From Minisyncoccota bacterium (GTDB taxonomy: Bacteria > Patescibacteriota > Minisyncoccia > Phycocordibacterales > Phycocordibacteraceae): a DNA stretch of 64,000 nucleotides. The translations under genes and the position numbers were made by a program. Where the stretch lies: assembly GCA_022841985.1 (NCBI GenBank), contig JALHQL010000001.1, forward strand, positions 5,529-69,528. The letters are read 5' to 3'. The stretch's first letter is position 1. Each line of letters starts with the position of its first letter. Below, one piece after another: positions 9,096 to 17,616 of this stretch. The notes beneath the pieces were generated by a model. It was not told the DNA's origin. It made no database searches and was given only the letters and a program-made list of their open reading frames with translations.

Positions 9096-10691
9096 TTACT
9101 CTACTTTGAAACTGAACATCATCCCCGACTCAAGATGCTCGGCGATATGGCAGTGTGCCATCCAGATGCCCGGGTTTGAAGTGTCGAGAATGATGTCTAC
9201 CGTTTCTCCAGCTTTCACCAAAACTGTGTCTTTCCACGCAAGGTTTGTTTGCGGTACTCCATCGCGAGCCACAACAAGGAACCGCTGACCGTGGAAATGC
9301 ATCGGATGTTGCATCGGGTGCATAGAATTCGGATCATTAAAAATCCTGATCTTGACTGGCTCTCCGCGCTTGAACGTCCAGTCGATGTCCATGTTTTCTT
9401 TTCCGGTCGCCTGATCTCTTACTTTCCATTTGACTGCATCGGCATCGGACATTTGGTTCATCATTTCGTTTTCATCTTCCCACTCAATACCGCCTTCCGA
9501 ACTCATCATAGAGCCGCCCATCCGGGTGCCGTCCGGCATCATATGGCCTCCCATCATACTCATCATGTTGCCGCCCATGTCGATGGAGAGTTTGATTTGT
9601 TTGTTTGGTGCTTTGTCGAAATACTGCCGGAATGGAACGATACTTGCCACTGTTTCTCCATGAGTGCGGAGCCGATTGAACTCTGACGTATAAGAGACCT
9701 CAACAGAATCTGTGTTTACACCGATCGTACCAAGTGTATAGGTTTTATTCGGTGTCTTATTTTGAATCGCAAACGTGCCACTTGTATCAAACATAACTTC
9801 AACGACAGCGCGCTCAGAAGGGCCGAGCGTTACCGCATTCACCCATTGATCCTTTTCATACGCACCGCCATCTGCTCCGACTAGCTTCATCTTTGCTCTA
9901 GCGATGGAAAAGTTAAACGGTCGAGTATTTGCTGAATTGGTGACATAGAAGCGAATAACCTCTCCTTTTTTTACAGAAAGGGAATACTCTGTCTCGCCAT
10001 TTATGAGCATAACGTTCCCAAACCTGCCCATGAGAGTATGACTGGCTTCCTGTTTGTTCAAAGTAATCCTTCCGTCTTCGATTAACATATCGTCTAAGAA
10101 TAGAGCGGCCTCGCGATTCACGGGCGACCAGTAATCAGCACTTTTCGGAACCACAAGATAGTTTCCATAGAGTCCGAGTTCCTGCTGATAATCCTCCCGA
10201 ACGTGCGGATGATACCAATACATACCGGCATCCGGAAACTTGAGTTTGTAAGAAAATACTTCGCCCGGCTTCATTGCTTCCTGCGTACTCTGCGATCCGT
10301 CAAACGCATTGTCCATTCTGATGCCGTGCGAGTGGAGAAGTGTATTCATGTCAATGCCGTTTTTGAAATTGATTGTAACTTCCGCTCCTTGGGCGATTTT
10401 AATAAGCGGTCCCGGAATTGAACCATTATAGGCAAGCATCCGGTATTCCGTGCCGTTAATATTCTTTTTTACATAGCTTGCGGTGAGATCATAGGTATCG
10501 CCATCCTTAAGCTCCACTGTTTGCGTTACCGAAGCGGGAGAGAGACCTGGGGTATCTGTGCTTACATACTCGCTTCGCACTATAGAGAACGAATTATCCT
10601 GTAAAAAGAACGCCGTCCCAATTATAATAACAACCGACACGATTCCACCGAATAGTTTATTTTTCATATAGTTTAACGAATTTGTTTCCAT
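9096..10691 (-). CDS. Multicopper oxidase (CueO/laccase-like) with Met-rich insert and N-terminal TM/signal anchor
   Basis: 531 aa. Copper-centre motifs HPMHFHG and HCHIAEHLESGMM (HCHxxxHxxxxM type 1/3 Cu ligands). Met-rich segment GGNMMSMMGGHMMPDGTRMGGSMMS as in copper-resistance MCOs. N-terminal hydrophobic helix. Confidence 0.8.
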   Translation of the reverse strand: METNSLNYMKNKLFGGIVSVVIIIGTAFFLQDNSFSIVRSEYVSTDTPGLSPASVTQTVELKDGDTYDLTASYVKKNINGTEYRMLAYNGSIPGPLIKIAQGAEVTINFKNGIDMNTLLHSHGIRMDNAFDGSQSTQEAMKPGEVFSYKLKFPDAGMYWYHPHVREDYQQELGLYGNYLVVPKSADYWSPVNREAALFLDDMLIEDGRITLNKQEASHTLMGRFGNVMLINGETEYSLSVKKGEVIRFYVTNSANTRPFNFSIARAKMKLVGADGGAYEKDQWVNAVTLGPSERAVVEVMFDTSGTFAIQNKTPNKTYTLGTIGVNTDSVEVSYTSEFNRLRTHGETVASIVPFRQYFDKAPNKQIKLSIDMGGNMMSMMGGHMMPDGTRMGGSMMSSEGGIEWEDENEMMNQMSDADAVKWKVRDQATGKENMDIDWTFKRGEPVKIRIFNDPNSMHPMQHPMHFHGQRFLVVARDGVPQTNLAWKDTVLVKAGETVDIILDTSNPGIWMAHCHIAEHLESGMMFSFKVE

Positions 10692-11581
10692 GAATCTCCC
10701 CCGTCACTGCTCTTGTAGAGCTTATTCTCATGTGTAAGAGCATAGACTATGTTTGGATTACTTCGATTAAAAACAATGTGGAGTACTGCCCCCACTCCAA
10801 AATCACTACTTACCTTTCCCCACGTCTTACCTGCATCGATGCTTTTCCCAAGACCCCCTAACTTTTCACTAAACGTAAGAAGAATTTTTGCGTCTTGAGG
10901 ATTACTAACGATGACTGATACGGCTCCATCTTCCAATTCCGGCGAAAGAGATGTCCATGTTGCACCTTTATCCTTACTTACCATCACTCCCTGGCCTTGC
11001 GTGGTCGCGGCATAAACCACGTTTTCATCTTGTGTGTCGGCCGCAAGATACACCGGTAGTAAATTACGATTCACTATCTCCCACGTTTTACCCTGATTGA
11101 TGCTTCGCTGAAGATTGCCCTGATACCAGCCATACATAAGATTGGGATTCACCGGACTGACAGACATTGCATGGAAATCAACCGGGCCGTTCAAGCCACT
11201 GGAAACCTTCTGCCATGTAACTCCGCCATCTTCAGACTTTTGAAATCCGATATTACCTCCGATACTTGGATGGCCACTTGAAAAAACAATGTTTGCTTCC
11301 GTGGGATGAGTAGAGAACCCCATGTAATCGTCTTTACTTTTACCAACCCGATATAGATCTTTTTCATTCAAAAGTACCAACAGACCATGATGTGTTGCGA
11401 TATAGAGTTTATTGGGATCTTCTACCGCAACTGCCAAACCATGCCCGTGCGTAATAACTTCTTCAGGGTACAAGTTATTTAATGAAGAATCTTTTGTTGT
11501 ATCACCGCCACGATAAAACATCGTGATTCCACCGACCATAAGTACGACTGCTATAATTCCAATGATTATTTTAATTTTCAT
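10673..11581 (-). CDS. BNR/Asp-box repeat beta-propeller protein (Ycf48/sialidase-like fold), membrane-anchored
   Basis: 302 aa, N-terminal TM helix. Repeated Asp-box motifs S-x-D-x-G-x-T-W: SEDGGVTWQKV, NQGKTWEIV, KDKGATWTSL, DAGKTWGKV, SDGGDSWKQI. Confidence 0.55.
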   Translation of the reverse strand: MKIKIIIGIIAVVLMVGGITMFYRGGDTTKDSSLNNLYPEEVITHGHGLAVAVEDPNKLYIATHHGLLVLLNEKDLYRVGKSKDDYMGFSTHPTEANIVFSSGHPSIGGNIGFQKSEDGGVTWQKVSSGLNGPVDFHAMSVSPVNPNLMYGWYQGNLQRSINQGKTWEIVNRNLLPVYLAADTQDENVVYAATTQGQGVMVSKDKGATWTSLSPELEDGAVSVIVSNPQDAKILLTFSEKLGGLGKSIDAGKTWGKVSSDFGVGAVLHIVFNRSNPNIVYALTHENKLYKSSDGGDSWKQIR

Positions 11582-11597
11582 CTATTTATTTTATTGA

Positions 11598-13703
11598 TTA
11601 CAATTCGCGCTTTCGTAAAAGAATTGCGTTACCAGCGACGATGATCGTACTCACCGACATAAACACGGCCGCTACTGCTGGATCAAGAATGATTCCTTTG
11701 AACGCCAGCGCACCAGCGGCAAGCGGCAGGGCTACCACGTTGTAGCCAGTCGCCCAAAACAGGTTCTGGATCATTTTGGTGTAGGTCATCTGTGATAACC
11801 GTACGATCTTCACAATATCCCGAGGGTCATTCCGCATAAGAATAATACCGGCTGACTCAATAGCGACATTTGTACCAGCACCTATTGCGATTCCGAGATC
11901 GGCCTGTGTTAGAGCTGGAGCATCGTTGATACCATCGCCGACCATTGCGACCTTCAGGCCACGATCCTGCAATGCTTTCACCTTTTCTGATTTCTGATGA
12001 GGAAGCACCCGAGCAAAATATTCATCAATGCCGAGCTCGGAGGCGACCCATTTTGCCACATCTTCGGAGTCGCCAGTAATCATTGCGGACTGTATACCCA
12101 TTTCTTTAAGCGACTTGATCGCTTCTCGTGACTCTTCCCGAATGATATCGGCGAGTGCCATCGCTCCGAGGAGTTTTTTATCTTTTATTGTAAAGACAAC
12201 GGTCTGTCCCTTCTTACCGGCATCCTGAACATGATTGGAAATTTCATTTGGAATGCTAAGTCCAAGACTCTCAAGAAGAGTCGGCCCACCAACCATGACT
12301 TCCTGCTCGCCAATCATTGCCTTTACACCACTGCCTTTGATTGCTTCAAACTTCTTAGGATCTTTGAGCGAAAGTCCCTGTTCTTTGGCTTTAGCCACCA
12401 CAGCTCGGGCAATTGGATGCTCCGACAGAGCATCGAGCGAAGCGGCTAATGCTATAACCTCGTCTTTGGTATACCCGCTGGTGCTCCATACTTCTACCAC
12501 CCCAAATTCTCCCTTTGTGAGTGTTCCTGTCTTATCAAACAGCACGGTATCCACTGTCCGAGCGGCTTCAAGGGCAAGACGCTGTTTTACGAGAAAGCCA
12601 TTCTGTGCCGCTTTGGTTGTGGAAATTGCTGCGACCAACGGAACGGCGAGACCGAGCGCATGCGGACAAGCAATCACAAGTACAGCCACGAGCCGAGCTA
12701 CCGCAAAACCGACATCAGCTCCAGCCAAAAGCCAGGCAATGAGTGTAATAAGGCCTCCACCGACTGCAACTACCGTGAGATACAGTGCTGCCCTATCGGA
12801 GAGAATCTGCAGTTTTGACTTGGAAGCCTGTGCTTCGGCGACTAAACGCATAACACCGGCAAGAAAGGTCTTCTCGCCGATTTGTGTGACTCTGATCTTT
12901 AGTGCTCCATCGCCATTAATTGTACCGGCAATAACAGCGTCGCCTTGCTTTTTAGACACTGGGTTAGATTCTCCGGTAATCATAGACTCGTTTACATCGG
13001 AATCGCCCTCAATGACGGAACCGTCGGTCGGAATCTTTGTCCCTGGCTTGACCAATACGATGTCATTTTCCCGAAGCTCGGAAAGAGAAATAGTCGTCGT
13101 TACTCCATTGTGGATTACTTCTGCGGTATCGGGAAGTAGTTTTGACAGTTCCTTAAGTGCTCCTTGCGCTCCGGAAACCGCACGCATTTCGAGCCAATGG
13201 CCGAGAAGCATGATCGTAATAAGTGTCGTGAGTTCCCAAAACAGAGCTTCGACTCCAGCAAAGACCGCATACACACTCCAGAGATAAGCGGCCGAAATAG
13301 CAATCGCGATAAGGGTCATCATCCCTGGTAGTCGTCCCTTGATCTCGCGCCACGATCCAATTAAGAACACCCAGCCTCCGTAGAAAAAGACGACTGATCC
13401 TATGACCAAGGAGAGATAGTCTGACCCGGGGAAAGAGGGAGGAGACCATTTAAAAATAGTTTCTACGACATCCGCGTAGAACACGACCGGAATAGTTAAC
13501 AGAAGGCTTATCCAAAACTTTCTAAAAAATATCTGCGTCGAGTGGCCTGCATGCGTATCGTGCCCCTCGTGTGCCGTTGTCGATTTCTTGTTTCTCGTGG
13601 GTACCAATTGCATACCGCACTCCGAACACATTCCCGGCGTATCCCGCACCACTTCCGGATGCATCGGACAGGTATACCTTGTTTCAGTTTGTTGTTGTGT
13701 CAT
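11598..13703 (-). CDS. copB: Heavy-metal (copper) translocating P1B-type ATPase, CPH subtype (CopB-like), with N-terminal Cys/His metal-binding domain
   Basis: 701 aa. TM6 motif CPH (VIACPHALGLAVP). DKTGTLT phosphorylation site. GDGINDAP hinge. N-terminal YTCPMHPEV...PGMCSECGM metal-binding module and His-rich stretch HEGHDTHAGHS. Confidence 0.85.
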   Translation of the reverse strand: MTQQQTETRYTCPMHPEVVRDTPGMCSECGMQLVPTRNKKSTTAHEGHDTHAGHSTQIFFRKFWISLLLTIPVVFYADVVETIFKWSPPSFPGSDYLSLVIGSVVFFYGGWVFLIGSWREIKGRLPGMMTLIAIAISAAYLWSVYAVFAGVEALFWELTTLITIMLLGHWLEMRAVSGAQGALKELSKLLPDTAEVIHNGVTTTISLSELRENDIVLVKPGTKIPTDGSVIEGDSDVNESMITGESNPVSKKQGDAVIAGTINGDGALKIRVTQIGEKTFLAGVMRLVAEAQASKSKLQILSDRAALYLTVVAVGGGLITLIAWLLAGADVGFAVARLVAVLVIACPHALGLAVPLVAAISTTKAAQNGFLVKQRLALEAARTVDTVLFDKTGTLTKGEFGVVEVWSTSGYTKDEVIALAASLDALSEHPIARAVVAKAKEQGLSLKDPKKFEAIKGSGVKAMIGEQEVMVGGPTLLESLGLSIPNEISNHVQDAGKKGQTVVFTIKDKKLLGAMALADIIREESREAIKSLKEMGIQSAMITGDSEDVAKWVASELGIDEYFARVLPHQKSEKVKALQDRGLKVAMVGDGINDAPALTQADLGIAIGAGTNVAIESAGIILMRNDPRDIVKIVRLSQMTYTKMIQNLFWATGYNVVALPLAAGALAFKGIILDPAVAAVFMSVSTIIVAGNAILLRKREL

Positions 13704-13707
13704 ATGA

Positions 13708-13980
13708 TTATTTCTTTTTCTGCGCCAGTTTATAGACTTTTAGAATTTCCGCGACCGCTTTTTTGCGCTTCCCTGATTTCATCTGTTCGACGACATGGGT
13801 CGTGAGATGGTTCTCGAGCACCAAGTCTTCCACTCCCGACAATGCCTCCTTAATTGCGCTTGATTGAATAATAATATCCACGCAGTACCGTTCGGTATCG
13901 ACCATTTTTATAAGTCCGTCGACTTGTCCTCTGATGAGACTGAGGCGCCGGAGTGATTTTTTCTTTATATCGGCTTTCAT
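13708..13980 (-). CDS. csoR: CsoR/RcnR-family (DUF156) metal-sensing transcriptional repressor. The ORF-track start at 14082 is probably spurious; the start at ATG 13980 is preferred.
   Basis: The 91-aa form MKADIKKKSLRRLSLIRGQVDGLIKMVDTERYCVDIIIQSSAIKEALSGVEDLVLENHLTTHVV... matches the CsoR/RcnR family (LxRIEGQVRGIxxMxEEDRYCxDIL). The operator palindrome lies immediately upstream of this start. The stop is 5 nt upstream of the copB start. Confidence 0.75.
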   Translation of the reverse strand: MKADIKKKSLRRLSLIRGQVDGLIKMVDTERYCVDIIIQSSAIKEALSGVEDLVLENHLTTHVVEQMKSGKRKKAVAEILKVYKLAQKKK

Positions 13981-13992
13981 GTTATCCCCATA

Positions 13993-14009
13993 ATACCCCT
14001 CTGGGGTAT
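13993..14009. promoter_or_regulatory. CsoR-type operator: perfect inverted repeat ATACCCC-TCT-GGGGTAT overlapping the csoR promoter/5' end
   Basis: ATACCCCTCTGGGGTAT lies 13 nt upstream of the csoR ATG. It resembles known CsoR operators (GC-rich TACCC-N-GGGTA pseudo-palindromes in B. subtilis copZA and M. tuberculosis cso). Confidence 0.55.
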
Positions 14010-14085
14010 TTGTGTACAGTCTCGCCTTTATGTACCCTATAGATGGAGGTTGGAGATTACTAAAAACACTAAACGACTTCACTAT

Positions 14086-14215
14086 GATGAACTATGGCTA
14101 TGGGAGCATGATGGGTAGCGCGGGCAGTTTTGGTTTTCTTGTCGGAATCATTATTCTCGTCGACCTTGTCCTCGTGGGCATCTGGCTCTGGCAACAGATT
14201 TCTAAAAATAAATAA
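14086..14215 (+). CDS. Possible small single-TM protein (43 aa from the internal Met; 67 aa from ATG 14012), divergent from csoR
   Basis: MMNYGYGSMMGSAGSFGFLVGIIILVDLVLVGIWLWQQISKNK: a Gly/Met-rich N-terminus plus one hydrophobic helix. No convincing SD, so real coding status is uncertain. Confidence 0.2.
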
Positions 14216-14239
14216 CGTTCCGTATTTCGCGGGATGCGT

Positions 14240-16918
14240 TCAAGACAACCTTCTTCGATAGAAGAACTTGCGGATTTCTTCGACCAAGATAATTGATCCG
14301 GCGACGGGAATAATAATCAACCATTCCGAAAGTGAGAGCGGTACCGTGTGCAAAATGTTTTGCATAAACGGATTATAGACTGCAAATAAATGAAGAAGAA
14401 TGACCACCATGGTCACACCAACGAGATACGTATTGGAGAATGGATTCATCTGAAACAAAGACTTGCTCTCGGAACGGCAATTCCACGCATTGAACCACTG
14501 GAAGGCGGCCATGGTCGTAAGAGCGATAGTCCAAGCTTTGGCAAGATCAGTTTCAAAATATTGACTGAAAAGATAGAGTGTTCCAAGTCCCATGACCGGA
14601 GCCAAAAGCAGCATCCGTCGCGCCATAAAGCCGTCGACAATCCATTTCTTCTGTTTATCGAATGTACCTTGCAGCAGACCTTGCTCCTTTGGTTCCATAG
14701 CAAGCGCAGCTGTCAGAAAGCCGCCAGTGACAAAATTAAGCCAAATAATCTGCGATGGCAAAAGTGGTACTGGCCAACGCGCTACGAGCGCGCCCATAAT
14801 ATTAATAACTTCTCCTATGCTGGTAGAGAAAAGAAACGTCAGAACTTTTTTTACCGTCTTATAAATGCTTCTGCCCTCTTCAGCCGCCGAGACGATGCTG
14901 GCAAAATTATCGTCCAGAAGCACGATATCAGACGCCTCCTTTGCCACTTCTGTTCCTATGTTCCCCATAGCAACGCCAAGATCGGCAGCGACAAGAGAAG
15001 GAGCATCATTAACGCCATCTCCGGTCATCGCTATGATCTCACCGCGTTTCCGATAGGCCTGAATGATGCGGAGTTTGTGATCTGGCGTCACGCGCGCAAA
15101 GACAGTCGTGTGGGCGAGCTTCACAGAAAGTTCCTCGTCGTACATCTTGTCTATGTCTTCCCCGGTAAGAATTCCGTCGCCTTCGCGCCAGATATCCGCC
15201 TCTTTTGCTATTGCCTGCGCCGTGAGCCGATGGTCGCCCGTAATCATCACCGCGCGCATGCCTGCCGAGCGCACTCTCTGCATCGCTTCTTTTACTTCGC
15301 CGCGGAGGGCGTCTTGCATGCCGAAAAAACCGACGAACGCGAGCGGCGGTAATGCCCCCTCGATTACTGATTCCTCAGTATTCGGATTAATGGCATACGC
15401 AACGACCCGAAAACCGTTTCGCGCGAATGTGTGAAATACCGTCGTAAGCTCTTTTCTTTTCTCTTCAGTAAGTGTGTCAACTCCTTCTTTGTGCCAGAGT
15501 TTCTGGCAAAGTCTGAGAACTTCTTCAGGGGCACCGACGATGGTAAGAAAATTCTTCCCCTCTACCATACGAATAACGGCATGATATTTTCTCCGATAGT
15601 CGAACAGGGTTTCAAAAAGTTTTGGTGTTTCCTTCTCTAGAACGTCATGACGGAATCCAATCTTTTCAGAGAACACCAGCATCGCCGCTTCAGTGGGATC
15701 TCCCGCGACCTTCCACATGCCAGTTTCTTCAAAAAAAGAGAGTCGTGCATTAGCACCAAACGCCGCGATCCTTCCGCTTAATAGCAGTTCGGAATGGTTT
15801 AAAGGATCGATAACCACGCCGTCAAGAACCGCTTCGCCCTTCGGATCGTAACCATTTCCGGTAATCTGAAAATGTTTTCCATCTGCATAGATGCCCCGAA
15901 CCAGCATTTCATTCTTTGTCAGAGTGCCAGTCTTGTCTACCGCGATGACTTTGGTCTGTCCCAACGCTTCTACCGCTTGCATCCGCTTTACCAATACATT
16001 GTGCTTTGACATTCTCCATACGCCAGTTGCGAGCACAAGAGTCATGACGATCGGAAGTCCCTCAGGGATAATGGAAACTGAGAGCGCCACAGCTGTGGTA
16101 AACATTTCTTTAAGAGATTTTCCGGAAGAAACACCGAGCGCAATCAATGCAACATTGATGAGAGCCACTGCGATAATGATGAGGCGCGAAAGATACCGAA
16201 TATTCATTTTTAAAGGAATCTCGGTGTCAATCGTCGAAATCTCCTGTGCTATCTTCCCGATCTCTGTCGCAAAGCCAGTCGCTATGACGACCGCAATGCC
16301 ATTTCCACTTAACACATTGGTACCTTTGAATAGTATATTTTTCTGTTCCGTAATCGGCAGAGTATCAACTGGCACGACTGCTTCGGTTTTAGTGACAGGT
16401 ACCGATTCCCCGGTAAGACTAGCTTCATCTATTTTAAGAGTATTGGCGGAGATAATCCGCGCATCAGCCGGCACTTTTTCTCCTTCTTGAAGGAGAATAA
16501 TATCCCCCGTCACTATCTCGGTATCAGGAATGATGCGCTCCTTTCCATCTCGCACTACCGTGGCCGAAGTTTCAGAAAATTTCTTTAAGGCGAGAAGCGC
16601 ATTTTGTGCTTTGCCTTCCTGAAAAGTCCCGACAACGGCATTAAAAAATAGGACAACGAAAATGATTGCCGCATCAACTGCTTCTCCCATCCAGAAAACA
16701 ATTGCCGAAGCAGCAAGAAGAATATAGATAAGAGGACTTTGGAATTGCCGTAAAAAAATAAGGAAGAGCCCGTCTACCTTTCCTTCGGGAAGTTTGTTGA
16801 CCCCGTATTTTTGAAAACGCTCGTTCGCCTCCTCTTGTGTCAATCCGCGCTCGTTCGAATGCAGCGTCTCAAGAACATCGAGGATTGTTTTCGTATGCCA
16901 GGGAAATGGTTCCATCAC
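14240..16918 (-). CDS. P2-type cation-transporting P-type ATPase (Ca2+/Mg2+-ATPase-like)
   Basis: 892 aa. N-terminal cation-ATPase-N segment (LTQEEANERFQKYGVNKL). PEGLP motif in M4. DKTGTLT. GDGVNDAPSL. Ten predicted TM helices. Confidence 0.8.
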   Translation of the reverse strand: MMEPFPWHTKTILDVLETLHSNERGLTQEEANERFQKYGVNKLPEGKVDGLFLIFLRQFQSPLIYILLAASAIVFWMGEAVDAAIIFVVLFFNAVVGTFQEGKAQNALLALKKFSETSATVVRDGKERIIPDTEIVTGDIILLQEGEKVPADARIISANTLKIDEASLTGESVPVTKTEAVVPVDTLPITEQKNILFKGTNVLSGNGIAVVIATGFATEIGKIAQEISTIDTEIPLKMNIRYLSRLIIIAVALINVALIALGVSSGKSLKEMFTTAVALSVSIIPEGLPIVMTLVLATGVWRMSKHNVLVKRMQAVEALGQTKVIAVDKTGTLTKNEMLVRGIYADGKHFQITGNGYDPKGEAVLDGVVIDPLNHSELLLSGRIAAFGANARLSFFEETGMWKVAGDPTEAAMLVFSEKIGFRHDVLEKETPKLFETLFDYRRKYHAVIRMVEGKNFLTIVGAPEEVLRLCQKLWHKEGVDTLTEEKRKELTTVFHTFARNGFRVVAYAINPNTEESVIEGALPPLAFVGFFGMQDALRGEVKEAMQRVRSAGMRAVMITGDHRLTAQAIAKEADIWREGDGILTGEDIDKMYDEELSVKLAHTTVFARVTPDHKLRIIQAYRKRGEIIAMTGDGVNDAPSLVAADLGVAMGNIGTEVAKEASDIVLLDDNFASIVSAAEEGRSIYKTVKKVLTFLFSTSIGEVINIMGALVARWPVPLLPSQIIWLNFVTGGFLTAALAMEPKEQGLLQGTFDKQKKWIVDGFMARRMLLLAPVMGLGTLYLFSQYFETDLAKAWTIALTTMAAFQWFNAWNCRSESKSLFQMNPFSNTYLVGVTMVVILLHLFAVYNPFMQNILHTVPLSLSEWLIIIPVAGSIILVEEIRKFFYRRRLS

Positions 16919-17004
16919 AAGTACCAGTATATCCTTTGCGCAAGCCTTTTCCGATTAGATCCGCTTTGCTGAGCTTTGTGACAAATCACCTCTGCTATGG
17001 AGTC

Positions 17005-17385
17005 CTATCCCTCTACTTCCACGCTAAAACCCCCTTTGGCCATGCGCTTCATATCAAATGGCATAGAAAAATCCTTTGCATCTTTGTATTTTTCGCTCAT
17101 CTCATCCATCACTTTTTTATTGACTTCGTCGCGATGTTGCTTGGATTCATACACAATAAAAGAAAACCACACGGTCTCGTCCGCATTTGTTTTTGTAAGC
17201 TCAGTAAACGCAAGCGATTTCATGCCATCCATTTCTTCAGACTCAAGATCGTCACCCTTGCATTCGTAATACTCAAGAGCACCGTGTTTCATCCACGCAT
17301 CGCGGCCTTCGATGGCCATTTTTGTATATTCCTGCACTTTGTCTTTCGGAACTACGAATACAAACCCGTCTATATATTTTGCCAT
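17005..17385 (-). CDS. DUF1428 family protein
   Basis: 126 aa. MAKYIDGFVFVVPKDKVQEYTKMA...GALEYYEC...ETVWFSFIVYESKQHRDEVNKKVM matches the DUF1428 pattern. Confidence 0.6.
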   Translation of the reverse strand: MAKYIDGFVFVVPKDKVQEYTKMAIEGRDAWMKHGALEYYECKGDDLESEEMDGMKSLAFTELTKTNADETVWFSFIVYESKQHRDEVNKKVMDEMSEKYKDAKDFSMPFDMKRMAKGGFSVEVEG

Positions 17386-17462
17386 AGTATTTTTTATTAA
17401 TAAATTAAGTATACTTTATCAAATTTCCTAGAAAACGGGAGCTCGGTTCAAAATTGCCAATC

Positions 17463-17529
17463 TGGCGATGAAGGGGAGATTCGAACTTTCGAGACCCTTT
17501 CGAGCCTACCACCTTTCTCCCACGCAAAG
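17463..17529 (-). pseudogene. Degenerate tRNA 3' half (variable-arm/T-arm/acceptor-3'/CCA) directly abutting tRNA-Ser; no matching 5' acceptor strand
   Basis: Minus-sense ...GGTGGTAGGCTCGAAAGGGTCTCGAAAGTTCGAATCTCCCCTTCATCGCCA. It is similar to the 3' portion of the neighbouring tRNA-Ser (CTCGAGAGTTCGAATCTCTCC vs CTCGAAAGTTCGAATCTCCCC), but the T-stem no longer pairs and no 5' acceptor partner (G[AG]TG[AG][AG]G) exists. Confidence 0.4.
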
Positions 17530-17616
17530 CGGAGGCGGAGAGATTCGAACTCTCGAGGCGGTTTCCCACCTGCCGCCTTTCCAAGGCGGTGCACTCGACC
17601 ACTATGCGACGCCTCC
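17530..17616 (-). tRNA. tRNA-Ser (anticodon GGA), class II with long variable arm; CCA not encoded
   Basis: Cloverleaf: acceptor GGAGGCG/CGCCTCC (7 bp); D-stem GCA/TGC; anticodon stem CCGCC/GGCGG with loop TTGGAAA; variable arm GGTGG-GAAA-CCGCC; T-arm GAGAG-TTCGAAT-CTCTC; discriminator G. Flanked by an 11-bp inverted repeat CCCACGCAAAG / CTTTGCGTGGG. Confidence 0.8.

Noticed and set aside
12235-13287. 350-aa plus-strand ORF and several shorter ones antisense to copB
   Set aside because: Ser/Ala/Thr/Pro-rich antisense translation of a GC-skewed coding region. The minus-strand P-type ATPase frame carries all the catalytic motifs.
14390-16490. Plus-strand ORFs (320 aa and others) antisense to the P2-type ATPase
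   Set aside because: No motifs, Arg/His-rich composition, and fully overlapped by a well-supported gene.
17463-17529. Second complete tRNA next to tRNA-Ser
   Set aside because: A T-arm-like and CCA-ending 3' half is present, but no 5' acceptor strand able to pair with CTTCATC exists nearby. The T-stem (GAAAG/CTCCC) no longer pairs. It is treated as a decayed fragment.
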